DNA of 64,000 nucleotides from an uncultured delta proteobacterium (lineage in GTDB: Bacteria; Desulfobacterota; Desulfuromonadia; Desulfuromonadales; JACZKF01). Below, one piece after another: positions 21,380 through 31,210 of the stretch. A program made the position numbers and the translations under genes. Position 1 is the stretch's first letter; every line of letters starts with the position of its first letter. The notes under the pieces were generated by a model that saw nothing but the letters and a program-made list of their open reading frames with translations, was not told where the DNA came from and made no database searches. Where the stretch lies: assembly GCA_963816395.1 (NCBI GenBank), contig CAWFKQ010000006.1:32001-96000 (forward strand). Direction: 5' to 3'.

Positions 21380-22102
21380 CTACCACCCTCCCGACGACCC
21401 GCCGCCGCCGAAGCCGCCGCCGCCGCCGGAGAATCCTCCGCCCCCGCCGAAACCGCCGCCCCCGCCGCCGAAGCCGCCGAAGGGACCACCGATATAGAAG
21501 CCGCCCCGCCGGGAACGCCGGCCGCCGCCCAGGAGCAACAAGCCGGGGCCGAGAAAGAGGAGCAACGCGAGCAGCCCCAGGGGATGGCGTTCGTGCCGGC
21601 GGTCGGTCCGTCCGTTCCCCTGATACTCCCCTCGCACTGCTTCGGTCATCGCCGTCACTCCGGCTATGACGCCGCCGTCGAAATCCCCGGCCCGGAAACG
21701 GGGGGCGATCTCGTGGTCGACGATGCGCCCGGCCAGCAGGTCGGTCAGCCGCCCCTCCAGCCCGTACCCGACCTCGATGCGGATCTTATGGTCGTCGCGG
21801 GCGATCAACAACAGGGCGCCGTTGTCCTTCCCCTTCTGGCCGATCCCCCAGGCTTCCGCCACTTTGAGGGCGTATGCTTCAACCGGCTCCCCTTCCAGTG
21901 CGGGGATGGTCAGCACGACGATCTGGGTGGAATCGCTCCTTTCGAAATCGCGCAGGAATCTTTCCAGCTTCAGATCCGTGGCCGGAGAAAGGATGCCGGC
22001 CTGGTCGTTGACGTAGCCGTTCGCGGCGGGAACGTCGAGGGCGACGGCCCGCAGCGGCAGCAGCAGGAGGATCGGCAGCAGCAGGAAACGGCGCCAGGTC
22101 AT
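21380..22102 (-). CDS. TPM-domain protein (YgcG-like) with Gly-rich tail
   Basis: WGIGQKGKDNGALL, RIEVGYGLEG, GGGGFGGGGSSGGW. Confidence 0.92.
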   Translation of the reverse strand: MTWRRFLLLPILLLLPLRAVALDVPAANGYVNDQAGILSPATDLKLERFLRDFERSDSTQIVVLTIPALEGEPVEAYALKVAEAWGIGQKGKDNGALLLIARDDHKIRIEVGYGLEGRLTDLLAGRIVDHEIAPRFRAGDFDGGVIAGVTAMTEAVRGEYQGNGRTDRRHERHPLGLLALLLFLGPGLLLLGGGRRSRRGGFYIGGPFGGFGGGGGGFGGGGGFSGGGGGFGGGGSSGGW

Positions 22103-22692
22103 CAGAACTTCACCTTCGGCGCCTGCTCGGCTCCCGCCTCCGCCTTGAACGGCTCCTTGCGCTCCAGGTGCAGCAGGAAGTTGTTGGTCAGGTTGTTGGG
22201 GAAGGTGCGGATGGAGGTATTGAAGACCTGTACGGCCTGGTTATAGCGCTGCCGGGCGACATTGATGCGGTTTTCGGTGCCCTCCAGCTGATGCTGCAGA
22301 TCGAGGAAGTTCTGGTTGGCTTTCAGGTCGGGATAGCGCTCGGCGACCACCAGCAGCCGGGAGAGGGCGCCGGAGAGCTCCCCCTGGGCCGCCTGATACT
22401 TCGCCATGGCCGCGGGGTCGGTCAGGTCCTTGGCGCCGATGTTGACCTGACCCACCCGGGCGCGGGCGTTGGTGACCGCCTCCAGCGTCTCGCGCTCGTG
22501 GGCGGCATAGGCTTTGACCGTCTCCACCAGGTTCGGAATCAGATCGGCCCGCCTCTGGTAGGTGGCTTCGACGTTCGCCCAGGCAGCGGTGACTGCCTCC
22601 TCATTTTGCTGGATCTGGTTGTAGCCGCAGCCGGAGAGGGCGAGCAGGGGAAGCAGGGCCAGCAGGAGATAACGGAACGGACGAACAGGCAT
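22102..22692 (-). CDS. lemA: LemA family protein
   Basis: Lipobox LSGC, YQRRADLIPNLV, YPDLKANQNF, LEGTENRI. Confidence 0.93.
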   Translation of the reverse strand: MPVRPFRYLLLALLPLLALSGCGYNQIQQNEEAVTAAWANVEATYQRRADLIPNLVETVKAYAAHERETLEAVTNARARVGQVNIGAKDLTDPAAMAKYQAAQGELSGALSRLLVVAERYPDLKANQNFLDLQHQLEGTENRINVARQRYNQAVQVFNTSIRTFPNNLTNNFLLHLERKEPFKAEAGAEQAPKVKF

Positions 22693-22804
22693 GAGAGGCC
22701 TCCTTGAAATAATTAATGGAAGGATGCCTCTGACTATAGACCGCCGGGGCCGCAATTGTAAAGGGACCGCCGCCGGCTGGCAGGCCGGGAAACCGGTTAT
22801 GAAC

Positions 22805-22833
22805 GTGTCCATCCGGAAATTCCGGATGGACAC
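22805..22833. terminator. Perfect hairpin downstream of the orphan ORF
   Basis: GTGTCCATCCGGA-aat-TCCGGATGGACAC. Confidence 0.55.
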
Positions 22834-22837
22834 GGAC

Positions 22838-23224
22838 TCAGATGGTCCAGATCTTGACCTCGCTCATGCTCATATGGTTCAGCAGGTGTTTGACCGCACC
22901 CTCGCTTTTTTTCGGGACCAGGACGTTGAATTCGGCCTGATGGCCCAGGGCATAATCGTAAAAGGCTTCGAACTGCTCCTTGGTGTGGTCGAGGTCTATG
23001 GTCTCGCTCGTTTCCACCTCGAAGATGTATTCCTTGCCCTCTTTCCAGGCAATAACGTCGGAGCTGTAGGTGTTGCCATTGCGTCCGGGCATTTCGACGG
23101 GGTTTTCAAAATGCCCCAAGTGGCTGGATTTGATATTGGTATACCCCTGCTCAATCAGATAGCGGACCAGGGAGGTTATCATATAATCATGTTTGCTTTG
23201 GGATTCTGAGGTACGCTTGCCCAT
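22838..23224 (-). CDS. Hypothetical protein, PD-(D/E)xK nuclease-like fold
   Basis: AAGGAGG RBS; H...L..QGY...SDVIAWK...YIFEVET pattern. Confidence 0.7.
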   Translation of the reverse strand: MGKRTSESQSKHDYMITSLVRYLIEQGYTNIKSSHLGHFENPVEMPGRNGNTYSSDVIAWKEGKEYIFEVETSETIDLDHTKEQFEAFYDYALGHQAEFNVLVPKKSEGAVKHLLNHMSMSEVKIWTI

Positions 23225-23416
23225 GGGCAGGCCTCCTTTGCCGAAGAGGTTTGGGGCATCAGCCTACAATCTACCCATTAGAGACTTTTAGTCAAGCGCA
23301 GGGTAGCGTTTCTGCGAAATTTTTTCTTCGCAAACGAAACCCCGGACGCAACCTCCCGAACGGATGCGGCCGGCGCGGAAGATGCGCCCGGAATTTTCCC
23401 CTGGAGCACTGACGGA

Positions 23417-23445
23417 TTGACACTTTCCATCTTCCTCCTTATGCT
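23417..23445 (+). promoter_or_regulatory. Sigma70-type promoter of clpS-clpA
   Basis: TTGACA-N17-TATGCT. Confidence 0.6.
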
Positions 23446-23598
23446 CAAAAGAAAGAGGGTGCGAAAAACCTGGCTGGCCGCAAAAGGGAGTGAAAAAGCG
23501 ATGAGAACCGCTTTCGGTCTGTCGCTTCCCCCCCTTGGAAGTGGGGAAAGAGTTATGGTACCATACCTGCATAAATTCGGCTCGGGGAGACTTTACCG

Positions 23599-23910
23599 AT
23601 GAGTAAACAGCAACTGCCGTCGGGAGAAACGAAGGTCAAGAGCCGTCGCCGGGCCGTTTCGCCATCACTTTATCGGGTGCTGATGCACAATGATGACTAC
23701 ACCGCCATGGAGTTCGTCGTCCAGGTACTGGAGACGGTCTTCCACAAGTCGCCCATGGAAGCGAACCGGATCATGCTGAATATTCACCTCGGTGGGGTCG
23801 GCATGTGCGGCACCTACCCTTGGGAAATCGCCGAAACGAAAGTGGCCCGTGTCCATCTCCTGGCTCGAGAGGCGGGCTATCCCCTCAAATGCAGCCTGGA
23901 AGAGGCATAG
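23599..23910 (+). CDS. clpS: ATP-dependent Clp protease adaptor
   Basis: YRVLMHNDDYTAMEFV, EIAETKV, YPLKCSLE. Confidence 0.95.
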   Translation: MSKQQLPSGETKVKSRRRAVSPSLYRVLMHNDDYTAMEFVVQVLETVFHKSPMEANRIMLNIHLGGVGMCGTYPWEIAETKVARVHLLAREAGYPLKCSLEEA

Positions 23911-23922
23911 AGAAGAGTAAGT

Positions 23923-26163
23923 ATGTTCAGTCAAGAAGTGCAGATCACCTTCACCCTGGCGGTGCGGGAAGCGCAGCGCCGGCAGCACGAGTATCTCACC
24001 ACCGAGCACGTGCTGTACGCCATCCTTTTCGAGGACAGCGGCCAGGAGATCATTCGCAGCTGTGGCGGGGACCTCGATACCCTGCGCGAGACGCTGGAGG
24101 ATTTCTTCGTTCGGCATCTGGAGACGGTTCCCAATCGGGAAGAGGCCGTCCCCGAGCAGACCATCGGGTTGCAGCGGGTGCTGCAGCGTACTGTGCTGCA
24201 CCTTCAGGCCGCCGGCAAAAAGGAAATTACCGTTGGCGACGTGCTGGCGGCGATCCTCGAGGAGAAGAATTCCCATGCCGCCCATTTTCTCGAAGGGCAG
24301 GGGATTTCCCGGATCGATGTCCTCGACTTCATCTCGCATGGAGTGGTCAAGTCTCCACGCACCGCCGAGGAGCCGCGGGGTACTCCTTCCAGCCCGGAGG
24401 AACCGGCGCCCGGCCGAGCCGCTCCCAGCCGCGATCCGCTCGCCGCTTTTACCGTCAATCTGCTCGAACGGGCGCGCCAGGGGAAGATCGATCCCCTGAT
24501 CGGCCGGACCCTGGAATTGACGCGTATTACCCAGGTGCTGTGCCGCCGGCGCAAGAACAATCCGATCTTTGTCGGCGATCCGGGGGTGGGCAAAACTGCC
24601 CTGGCCGAAGGGTTGGCGCTGAGAATCCACCGCGGCGAGGTTCCCGAGCTGCTGCGCGGTTTTGAGATCTTTGCCCTCGATATGGGGGCTCTGCTTGCCG
24701 GCACCAAGTTCCGCGGCGATTTCGAGGAGCGCCTGAAGGCGGTTCTGAACGCCCTGGCGAAGAAGCCGAAGTCCATTCTGTTCATTGACGAAATTCACAC
24801 CGTCGTTGGCGCTGGGGCGACGAGCGGCGGCTCACTGGATGCTTCCAATATCCTTAAGCCGGTCCTCGCCTCGGGTGATTTGCGCTGCATCGGCTCGACC
24901 ACCTTCGAGGAGTACAAGAACCTCTTCGATAAGGACCGCGCTCTTTCCCGCCGTTTTCAGAAAATCGACATCAACGAGCCAACGGTGGAAGAGACGGTTG
25001 AAATCCTGCGCGGACTGAAGGGGCAGTATGAGGCGCACCATCGGGTGACCTACACCGAAGAGGCGCTGCGTGCCGCCGCCGAACTGTCGGCCCGGCACAT
25101 CAATTACCGCCACCTGCCGGATAAGGCGATCGACGTCATTGACGAGGTGGGCGCCTACCTGCGGCTGCATCCGCGGGAGGACCGGCGGATCAGTTTGACC
25201 GATATCGAGGCGGTGGTTGCCTCGATTGCCCGCATTCCGGCCCGCAGCGTTTCCGCCTCCGACCGGCAGCTGCTGAAGCACCTCGACCGCGATCTCAAGC
25301 GGAAAGTGTTCGGCCAGGACCCCGCCATCGACGCTCTGTGTCGCTCCATCCTGCGCGCCCGGGCCGGCCTGGGGCACCCGGAGAAGCCGGTCGGCTCTTT
25401 CCTGTTCACCGGTCCCACCGGGGTGGGCAAAACCGAGGTCGCGAAGCAGCTGGCGGCTCAGATGGGGGTGGAATTCATTCGCTTCGACATGAGCGAGTAC
25501 ATGGAGAAACACTCGGTCTCCCGGCTCATCGGCGCCCCGCCGGGATACGTGGGATTCGACCAGGGCGGGCTGCTCACAGATGCCATGGTCAAGAACCCCT
25601 ATGCCGTCCTGCTGCTCGACGAGATCGAAAAGGCGCATCCCGACCTGTTCAATATCCTGCTGCAGGTCATGGATCACGGTATTCTGACCGACAACAACGG
25701 CAGGAAAGCCGATTTCCGCAATGTGGTGCTGATCATGACCAGCAATGCCGGCGCCCGGGAGATGAGCGCCAATCCGATCGGCTTCGGCAACATCGAGCTG
25801 GCCCATGCCAAGCAGGCGGTGGAGAAAACCTTCTCCCCTGAATTCCGCAATCGGCTGGACGCCACCATTTCCTTCCGGCACCTCGACGAGCGTATCATGC
25901 TCAAGGTGGTGGACAAATTCCTGGCGGAGCTGCAGGAGCGGTTGCGGGAGAAGAACGTCACCGTCTCTCTCTCTGCCGGCGCCCGCAGCTGGCTGGCCCG
26001 CCGCGGCTACGACTCGGTTTACGGTGCCCGTCCCCTCGGCCGGTTGATGCAGACGGAAATCAGCGACGTCATCGCCACCGAGATCCTCTTCGGCCGTCTC
26101 AGCCGGGGCGGCGGGATCCGCATCGGCGCCCGCGGCGATCAACTGACGTTTAAATATTCTTAG
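23923..26163 (+). CDS. clpA: Clp protease ATP-binding subunit ClpA
   Basis: Two AAA+ modules, [13 protein letters not shown], no middle domain, follows clpS. Confidence 0.96.
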   Translation: MFSQEVQITFTLAVREAQRRQHEYLTTEHVLYAILFEDSGQEIIRSCGGDLDTLRETLEDFFVRHLETVPNREEAVPEQTIGLQRVLQRTVLHLQAAGKKEITVGDVLAAILEEKNSHAAHFLEGQGISRIDVLDFISHGVVKSPRTAEEPRGTPSSPEEPAPGRAAPSRDPLAAFTVNLLERARQGKIDPLIGRTLELTRITQVLCRRRKNNPIFVGDPGVGKTALAEGLALRIHRGEVPELLRGFEIFALDMGALLAGTKFRGDFEERLKAVLNALAKKPKSILFIDEIHTVVGAGATSGGSLDASNILKPVLASGDLRCIGSTTFEEYKNLFDKDRALSRRFQKIDINEPTVEETVEILRGLKGQYEAHHRVTYTEEALRAAAELSARHINYRHLPDKAIDVIDEVGAYLRLHPREDRRISLTDIEAVVASIARIPARSVSASDRQLLKHLDRDLKRKVFGQDPAIDALCRSILRARAGLGHPEKPVGSFLFTGPTGVGKTEVAKQLAAQMGVEFIRFDMSEYMEKHSVSRLIGAPPGYVGFDQGGLLTDAMVKNPYAVLLLDEIEKAHPDLFNILLQVMDHGILTDNNGRKADFRNVVLIMTSNAGAREMSANPIGFGNIELAHAKQAVEKTFSPEFRNRLDATISFRHLDERIMLKVVDKFLAELQERLREKNVTVSLSAGARSWLARRGYDSVYGARPLGRLMQTEISDVIATEILFGRLSRGGGIRIGARGDQLTFKYS

Positions 26164-26288
26164 GCTGGAGGCTAGAGGCAAGGGGCAAGAGGCTAGAGGA
26201 CAAGGGCTGAAGGCTGAATAGTCGTCTGCCGCGAGTCGAAGGTTTGCCTTGGTTTCCTCTAGCCCCTAGCCTTGTGCCTCTAGCCTGA
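26162..26288. repeat. Heptamer tandem repeat with inverse arm
   Basis: aggctgg aggctag aggcaag gggcaag aggctag ... ctagccc ctagcct ... ctagcct. Confidence 0.85.
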
Positions 26289-26296
26289 CTCTTCCC

Positions 26297-26983
26297 ATGC
26301 CCGTCTATCAACTGATCGATCAGCCGGTTTTCCCGCCGCCCTCGCTGGCCGAGCCCGGGGGGCTGCTGGCGGTGGGTGGCGATCTGTCGCCGGCGCGTCT
26401 GCTCCTCGCTTATTCCACCGGGATCTTTCCCTGGTATAACGAGGGCGATCCCATCCTCTGGTGGTCCCCCGATCCCCGCTGCATTTTTGAGCCGCAGGAA
26501 GTGCGGATTTCCCACAGCCTGGCGAAGATTTTGCGCCGCGGGGAATTTGCCGTGACTTTTGACGAGGCCTTCCCGGAGGTGATCGGCGCTTGCGCCGAAA
26601 TGCGGCTGAAACAAGGGGATGGGACCTGGATCACCCAGGAGATGCTGAATGCTTTCTGCCGTCTGCACGAGCTGGGGTATGCCCATTCGGTGGAATGCTG
26701 GCGAAAGGGGGAACTGGCGGGAGGGTTATACGGGGTCTGCCTGGGGCGCTGTTTCTTCGGCGAGTCGATGTTCCACCGCGCAGCGAATGCGTCCAAGGTG
26801 GCGCTGGCCGTCCTGGCCGGCCGGTTGCGGGAACGAAACTTCGAGCTGATCGACGGCCAGCTGCCGAATCCCCACCTCTTCTCCCTCGGCGCCCGGGAAA
26901 TCCCCCGCGAGGAATTCCTGCAGCGCCTGCGCCGGGGCGGGGTGCTCCCCTCGACCCGGCCGCCGCTGGTAGCTTTCCCTTAG
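26297..26983 (+). CDS. aat: Leucyl/phenylalanyl-tRNA-protein transferase
   Basis: GLLAVGGDLS, GIFPWY, LWWSPDPR, FFGESMF. Confidence 0.96.
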   Translation: MPVYQLIDQPVFPPPSLAEPGGLLAVGGDLSPARLLLAYSTGIFPWYNEGDPILWWSPDPRCIFEPQEVRISHSLAKILRRGEFAVTFDEAFPEVIGACAEMRLKQGDGTWITQEMLNAFCRLHELGYAHSVECWRKGELAGGLYGVCLGRCFFGESMFHRAANASKVALAVLAGRLRERNFELIDGQLPNPHLFSLGAREIPREEFLQRLRRGGVLPSTRPPLVAFP

Positions 26984-27045
26984 CAGACAGTTCCCCGCAG
27001 TACTGCAGCCCAAGTGAACTGCCCCGGAACCGATTACTTCAGGTT

Positions 27046-27768
27046 CTAAGAGTCGACCTGCGCCGCTTGCTCCGTCGCTCTCGTGCGGATGATCCCTTCG
27101 AGCCGTTTTTTGTCCGCTTCCAGGATGTTGATGAAGCGCATGCCGGCAGTCTGCCGATTATCGACAGCATCGCCGCTCCAGAGGACCTCCGCCAGGGTGC
27201 AGATCGGCTGCGTGTTTGCTTCCGGCTGTAGCAGGAGCAGACAAAGGCTGCCCGGCTCCACCGGTGCCTTGAGGTTGAAGCGGACGCCGCCGGAGCTCAG
27301 GTTGATGCGGGAGCGGGGAAAGTCGCCAAAGTCGGCGGGATTGCCGCGGCTGAGAATCAGGATGTTCTTTTCCCACTGCTCGCGGAAGGTGCGGAGGGTG
27401 CCATGGCCGCGGGTATAGCGCAGGCCGATGGCAAGATCGCAACGCGGATTGAGGCGGCGTTGATAGGCTTGCAGCTCGCCGGTGACGGCGACCCGGATCA
27501 CATCCTGTCCCTGGCGCTGGAGGAATTGGCCGTCCAGCCGCAGGCCAAGCCCCATTGCTTCGCTGAGCAGCTCAAAAGGCATGCCGGGCGTAAAATGAAG
27601 ATCTTCCCCCTGCCGGGTCCGGTAGGGGAGGAAAAGGTCGAAGAACCCCGGGCTATGCTCTTTGAGAAAAGTGGTGAGTGACTCGTAATATCCTCCCAGA
27701 GTGCCCGTGGACACCTGGGAACGCAGGAAAATCTTCTGGCCTGGTTTAAAGAATTTGCTGTATTGCAT
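27046..27768 (-). CDS. PilZ-domain c-di-GMP receptor-like protein
   Basis: QRRLNPR (RxxxR) and NLSSGG (NxSxxG). Confidence 0.8.
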   Translation of the reverse strand: MQYSKFFKPGQKIFLRSQVSTGTLGGYYESLTTFLKEHSPGFFDLFLPYRTRQGEDLHFTPGMPFELLSEAMGLGLRLDGQFLQRQGQDVIRVAVTGELQAYQRRLNPRCDLAIGLRYTRGHGTLRTFREQWEKNILILSRGNPADFGDFPRSRINLSSGGVRFNLKAPVEPGSLCLLLLQPEANTQPICTLAEVLWSGDAVDNRQTAGMRFINILEADKKRLEGIIRTRATEQAAQVDS

Positions 27769-28045
27769 GCGGACTCTGCTTTAGGCTGTCTTCTGCTTTG
27801 CCAGGGGAAAAGCCCTCTACACCTTTCAAGCTCCGTTCCAACTCGGCCAGTGGCTGGAATCCGGTGACCGCGGCGCGGTCGGGAAAGCGGAGAGAGGCGG
27901 ATTTTCTCCCCCGGTGCGGCATTTCGCGACGAGCGAGGCAAAAAATGACAAAAACACATTGCACCGGCTGTGTCAACCTGTACCTGTTCTGTGGCAAGCA
28001 GCGGATGCTTTCAGCAACAGTTCGAAGCGAAAGGCAGGAGAAGCC

Positions 28046-29159
28046 GTGAAATCGGGGACCGAGACCCTGTTCGCCGTCACCGCACCCGGGCTGGAGTCGA
28101 TCTGCGCCGCCGAGCTGCAGCAGCTGGGGATTGCCGGCGCCCGGGCGATTCCCGGCGGCGTCGAATTCGAGGGAGCGCTGAGCGATCTTTACCGGGCCAG
28201 TCTGTGGCTGCGTACGGCCAGTCGGCTGGTGGTTCGGCTGGGGGAGGTGAAGGCCCGCGATTTCCCTGAGTTGTTCCACCGGGTCGGGCGTCTTCCCTGG
28301 GGAAAATACATCCGGCCTGGGGACGGCGCTGGAGGTGCGGGCGACCAGCCGCCATTCCCGGTTGGTCCACACCGGTCGGATTGCCGCAACCGTTATCGCT
28401 GCCGCCGACCATGCGCTCGGCCGGGCCGAAGCGCCGGCCGGCGGGCCCTCGCAACTGGTGCTGGCCCGCTTCGAGGACGACCTCTGTCAACTGTCGATCG
28501 ACAGCTCCGGGGAGTTGCTGCACCGCCGCGGCTATCGCCGGCAGGCGACCCGCGCCCCTTTGCGCGAGACGCTGGCCGCCGGTATTCTGCTGCTTCTGGG
28601 CTGGGACGGCAGCCAGCCGCTGATCGACCCCTTGTGCGGCTCCGGCACCCTGGTGATCGAAGGTGCCCTGCTGGCCCGCGGGTTGGCGCCGGGGCGAGGC
28701 AGGCAGTTCGCCTTCATGGACTGGCCGGGCTTCCGATCGGGGCTGTGGCAGGTGCTGCTCGACCAGGCGGAAAGGGCGGCGCACCCGGCCCGGGCGATTA
28801 TTCGGGGGGCGGATCGGGATGCGGCGGCGATCGCCGCCGCCGGGGGCAATGCCGAGCGGGCGGGGATAATGAACGATCTCGAGCTTTGCCGACAGCCCCT
28901 CGCCGAACTGGTCGCGCCACCCGGCCACGGCCTGCTGGTGTGCAACCCCCCTTATGGCGCCCGGCTGGCGGCCGGGGAGGATCTGCGCCCCCTCTTTCGG
29001 CAGCTTGGGGAGGTCTGGCGTCGGTCTTTTGCCGGTTGGCAGCTGGCCTTTCTCGTCCCCGACGAGCGCCTGGCCCGGGCCACCGGTCTGCCGCTCAGCC
29101 GGGTGGCGGCTCTGACCAACGGCGGCATTCCGGTGACCCTGTATCAGACCAGTGGATGA
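28046..29159 (+). CDS. THUMP-domain RNA methyltransferase, RlmL-like (frameshift near 28320)
   Basis: LWLRTASR, DSSGELLHRRGYR, APLRETLAA, DPLCGSGT, NPPYG. Confidence 0.88.
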
Positions 29160-29172
29160 ACAACGATTCAGT

Positions 29173-29201
29173 TTGATTTTTTCTCGAAATTCATATATAG
29201 T
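29173..29201 (+). promoter_or_regulatory. Sigma70-type promoter of rpsU
   Basis: TTGATT-N17-TATAGT. Confidence 0.55.
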
Positions 29202-29271
29202 TGCAGCTTCGCCTCCGGGCTGCCGGCGGACGGAAAATACCAGAACATCGAAAGCGAGGTGAATTCATTCC

Positions 29272-29466
29272 GTGGAAATCCAGGTCATCGACAACAATGT
29301 CGAGAAGGCGATTCGGGTTCTCAAGCGCAAGCTTCAGCAGGAAGGTCTCTTCCGGGAAATGAAACAGCGCAAATTTTATGAGAAGCCGAGCGTCAAGCGC
29401 AAGCGCAAGGAGAAGGAAGCCCAGCGGCGCCTGCGCAAGAAACTGCGCCTGATGCGGAACGACTGA
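29272..29466 (+). CDS. rpsU: 30S ribosomal protein S21
   Basis: EKAIRVLKRK...FYEKPSVKRKRK. Confidence 0.97.
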   Translation: MEIQVIDNNVEKAIRVLKRKLQQEGLFREMKQRKFYEKPSVKRKRKEKEAQRRLRKKLRLMRND

Positions 29467-29487
29467 CACCTCGCATCGCCATTGGAC

Positions 29488-29530
29488 AAAAACAGGAAGG
29501 GCCGATCCGTCTGGATCGGCCCTTCCTGCG
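29488..29530. terminator. Intrinsic terminator between rpsU and gap
   Basis: CAGGAAGGGCCGATCC-gtct-GGATCGGCCCTTCCTG. Confidence 0.8.
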
Positions 29531-29551
29531 TCTGGGGTCCCGGGCGGCACT

Positions 29552-30997
29552 TCAGCGGGGGAACGCCGGCAGCTCCAGGCCGGCCAGCCGCTGTACCAGC
29601 CGCACCACCTGGCAGCTGTAGCCGAATTCGTTGTCGTACCAGACGTAGAGCACGCAGCGATTGCCCTGGACGATGGTGGCCAGGGAATCGACCACCCCGG
29701 CATGACGCGAGCCGACGAAATCGCTGGAGACCACCTCCGGCGAGTTGGTGAAGTCGATCTGGTTCTGCAGCGGCGAATCGAGGGAAATGTCGCGCAGGTA
29801 GCCGTTGAGCTCGGCGAGGCTCGTCTCCCGCTCCAGGGTGAGGTTGAGGATGGCCAGGGAGACGTTGGGGGTGGGGACGCGGATGGCGTTGCCGGTGAGC
29901 TTGCCGGCCAGCTCCGGCAGCGCCTTGGCCACCGCCTTGGCGGCTCCGGTCTCGGTGATCACCATGTTCAGCGGTGCGCTGCGCCCCCGGCGGTTGCTGT
30001 CGTGATAATTGTCGATCAGATTCTGGTCGTTGGTATAGGAATGACAGGTCTCCACGTGCCCGTTGGCGATGCCGAAACGGTCGCTCACCGCCTTGAGCAC
30101 CGGCACGATGGCGTTGGTGGTGCAGCTGGCCGCCGAGTAGAGACGCTCGCCGCCGTCGGCCGGGACGTCGTTGACGCCGAAGACGAGGTTGGGAATATCC
30201 CCCTTGCCGGGGGCGGTAAGGACGACGCTGGCGATCCCCCGGGCCTGCAGATGCCGCCCCAGCCCCTCGCGATCCCGCCACTTGCCGGTATTGTCGACCA
30301 GGATGGCGTTGTCGATGCCGTAGGCAGGGTAATCCACCTTTTCCGGGGCGTCGGCGTAGATGATGCGGATCAGGTTGCCGTTGGCAATGATGGCGTTTTC
30401 CTCCTCATCCACCGTGATCGTCCCCTGGAAATGGCCGTGCACCGAATCCCGGCGCAGCAGACTGGCGCGCTTTACCAGATCGTCCGGACTTCCCTTGCGC
30501 ACCACCGCCGCCCGCAGCCGCAGCTTGTCGCCGCCGCCGGTCTTCTCCAGGAGGATGCGGGCGACCAGCCGGCCGATGCGGCCGAAACCGTATAACACCA
30601 CATCCTGCGGCTGGCTGAGGAGCGAATCCCGGCCGGTGTTCACCGGGGCCAGTTCCCGACGGACGAAATCCTCCAGGACCATGCCGGTACCCTGGGCCTG
30701 CCAGCGCACCGTCAGTTTGCCGATATCCACCCGCGCGGGGGCCAGTTCCAGGCGGCTCATCGTCTCCAGGACGGGAAAGGTGTCGTGCACCGACAGCTCG
30801 TTTTCCAGGATCTGCCGGGCGAAGCGGTGTACCTTGAGGATGTCGACGGTCGACTTGTTGACCAGGCCGCGTCCGTAAACGGTGGTGACCACCCCATGGT
30901 TGCGGTAGAGGCGGCCGACCAGGGGCAGCATTGCCTCGGCCGTCTCCTCCCGTTTCTTCCAGTCGCGGAAATAGGCTTCCTGTTTAGCTGGGTTCAT
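29552..30997 (-). CDS. gap: Glyceraldehyde-3-phosphate dehydrogenase, long N-terminal type
   Basis: YGFGRIGR, AASCTTNA, WYDNEFGYS. Confidence 0.94.
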   Translation of the reverse strand: MNPAKQEAYFRDWKKREETAEAMLPLVGRLYRNHGVVTTVYGRGLVNKSTVDILKVHRFARQILENELSVHDTFPVLETMSRLELAPARVDIGKLTVRWQAQGTGMVLEDFVRRELAPVNTGRDSLLSQPQDVVLYGFGRIGRLVARILLEKTGGGDKLRLRAAVVRKGSPDDLVKRASLLRRDSVHGHFQGTITVDEEENAIIANGNLIRIIYADAPEKVDYPAYGIDNAILVDNTGKWRDREGLGRHLQARGIASVVLTAPGKGDIPNLVFGVNDVPADGGERLYSAASCTTNAIVPVLKAVSDRFGIANGHVETCHSYTNDQNLIDNYHDSNRRGRSAPLNMVITETGAAKAVAKALPELAGKLTGNAIRVPTPNVSLAILNLTLERETSLAELNGYLRDISLDSPLQNQIDFTNSPEVVSSDFVGSRHAGVVDSLATIVQGNRCVLYVWYDNEFGYSCQVVRLVQRLAGLELPAFPR

Positions 30998-31067
30998 GCT
31001 TTTTGTTCCTTCCTTTTGCATGGCATAGGATCCCGCCCGCAGGTCGGGATTAAAACCGGCGTATCCT

Positions 31068-31207
31068 ACTAGAGGCGAGGGCAAGAGGCAAGGGGGAAGA
31101 GGCTAGTGACGAGCGGCTAGCGGCTAGCGGCCAGCGGCAAAAGCCAAGGCCCAAGGCTCAAAGCGGGGCCGTTAGCCGTTAGCCTTAAGCCGGTAAGCCG
31201 CAAGCCG
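31068..31207. repeat. Heptamer tandem repeat tract
   Basis: aggcgag gggcaag aggcaag ... cggctag cggctag cggccag ... gccgtta gccgtta gccttaa. Confidence 0.85.
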
Positions 31208-31210
31208 AAT

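Noticed and set aside
21380..21530. GGC-rich repeat as a DNA element
   Set aside because: Encodes the normal Gly-rich tail of TPM/YgcG proteins
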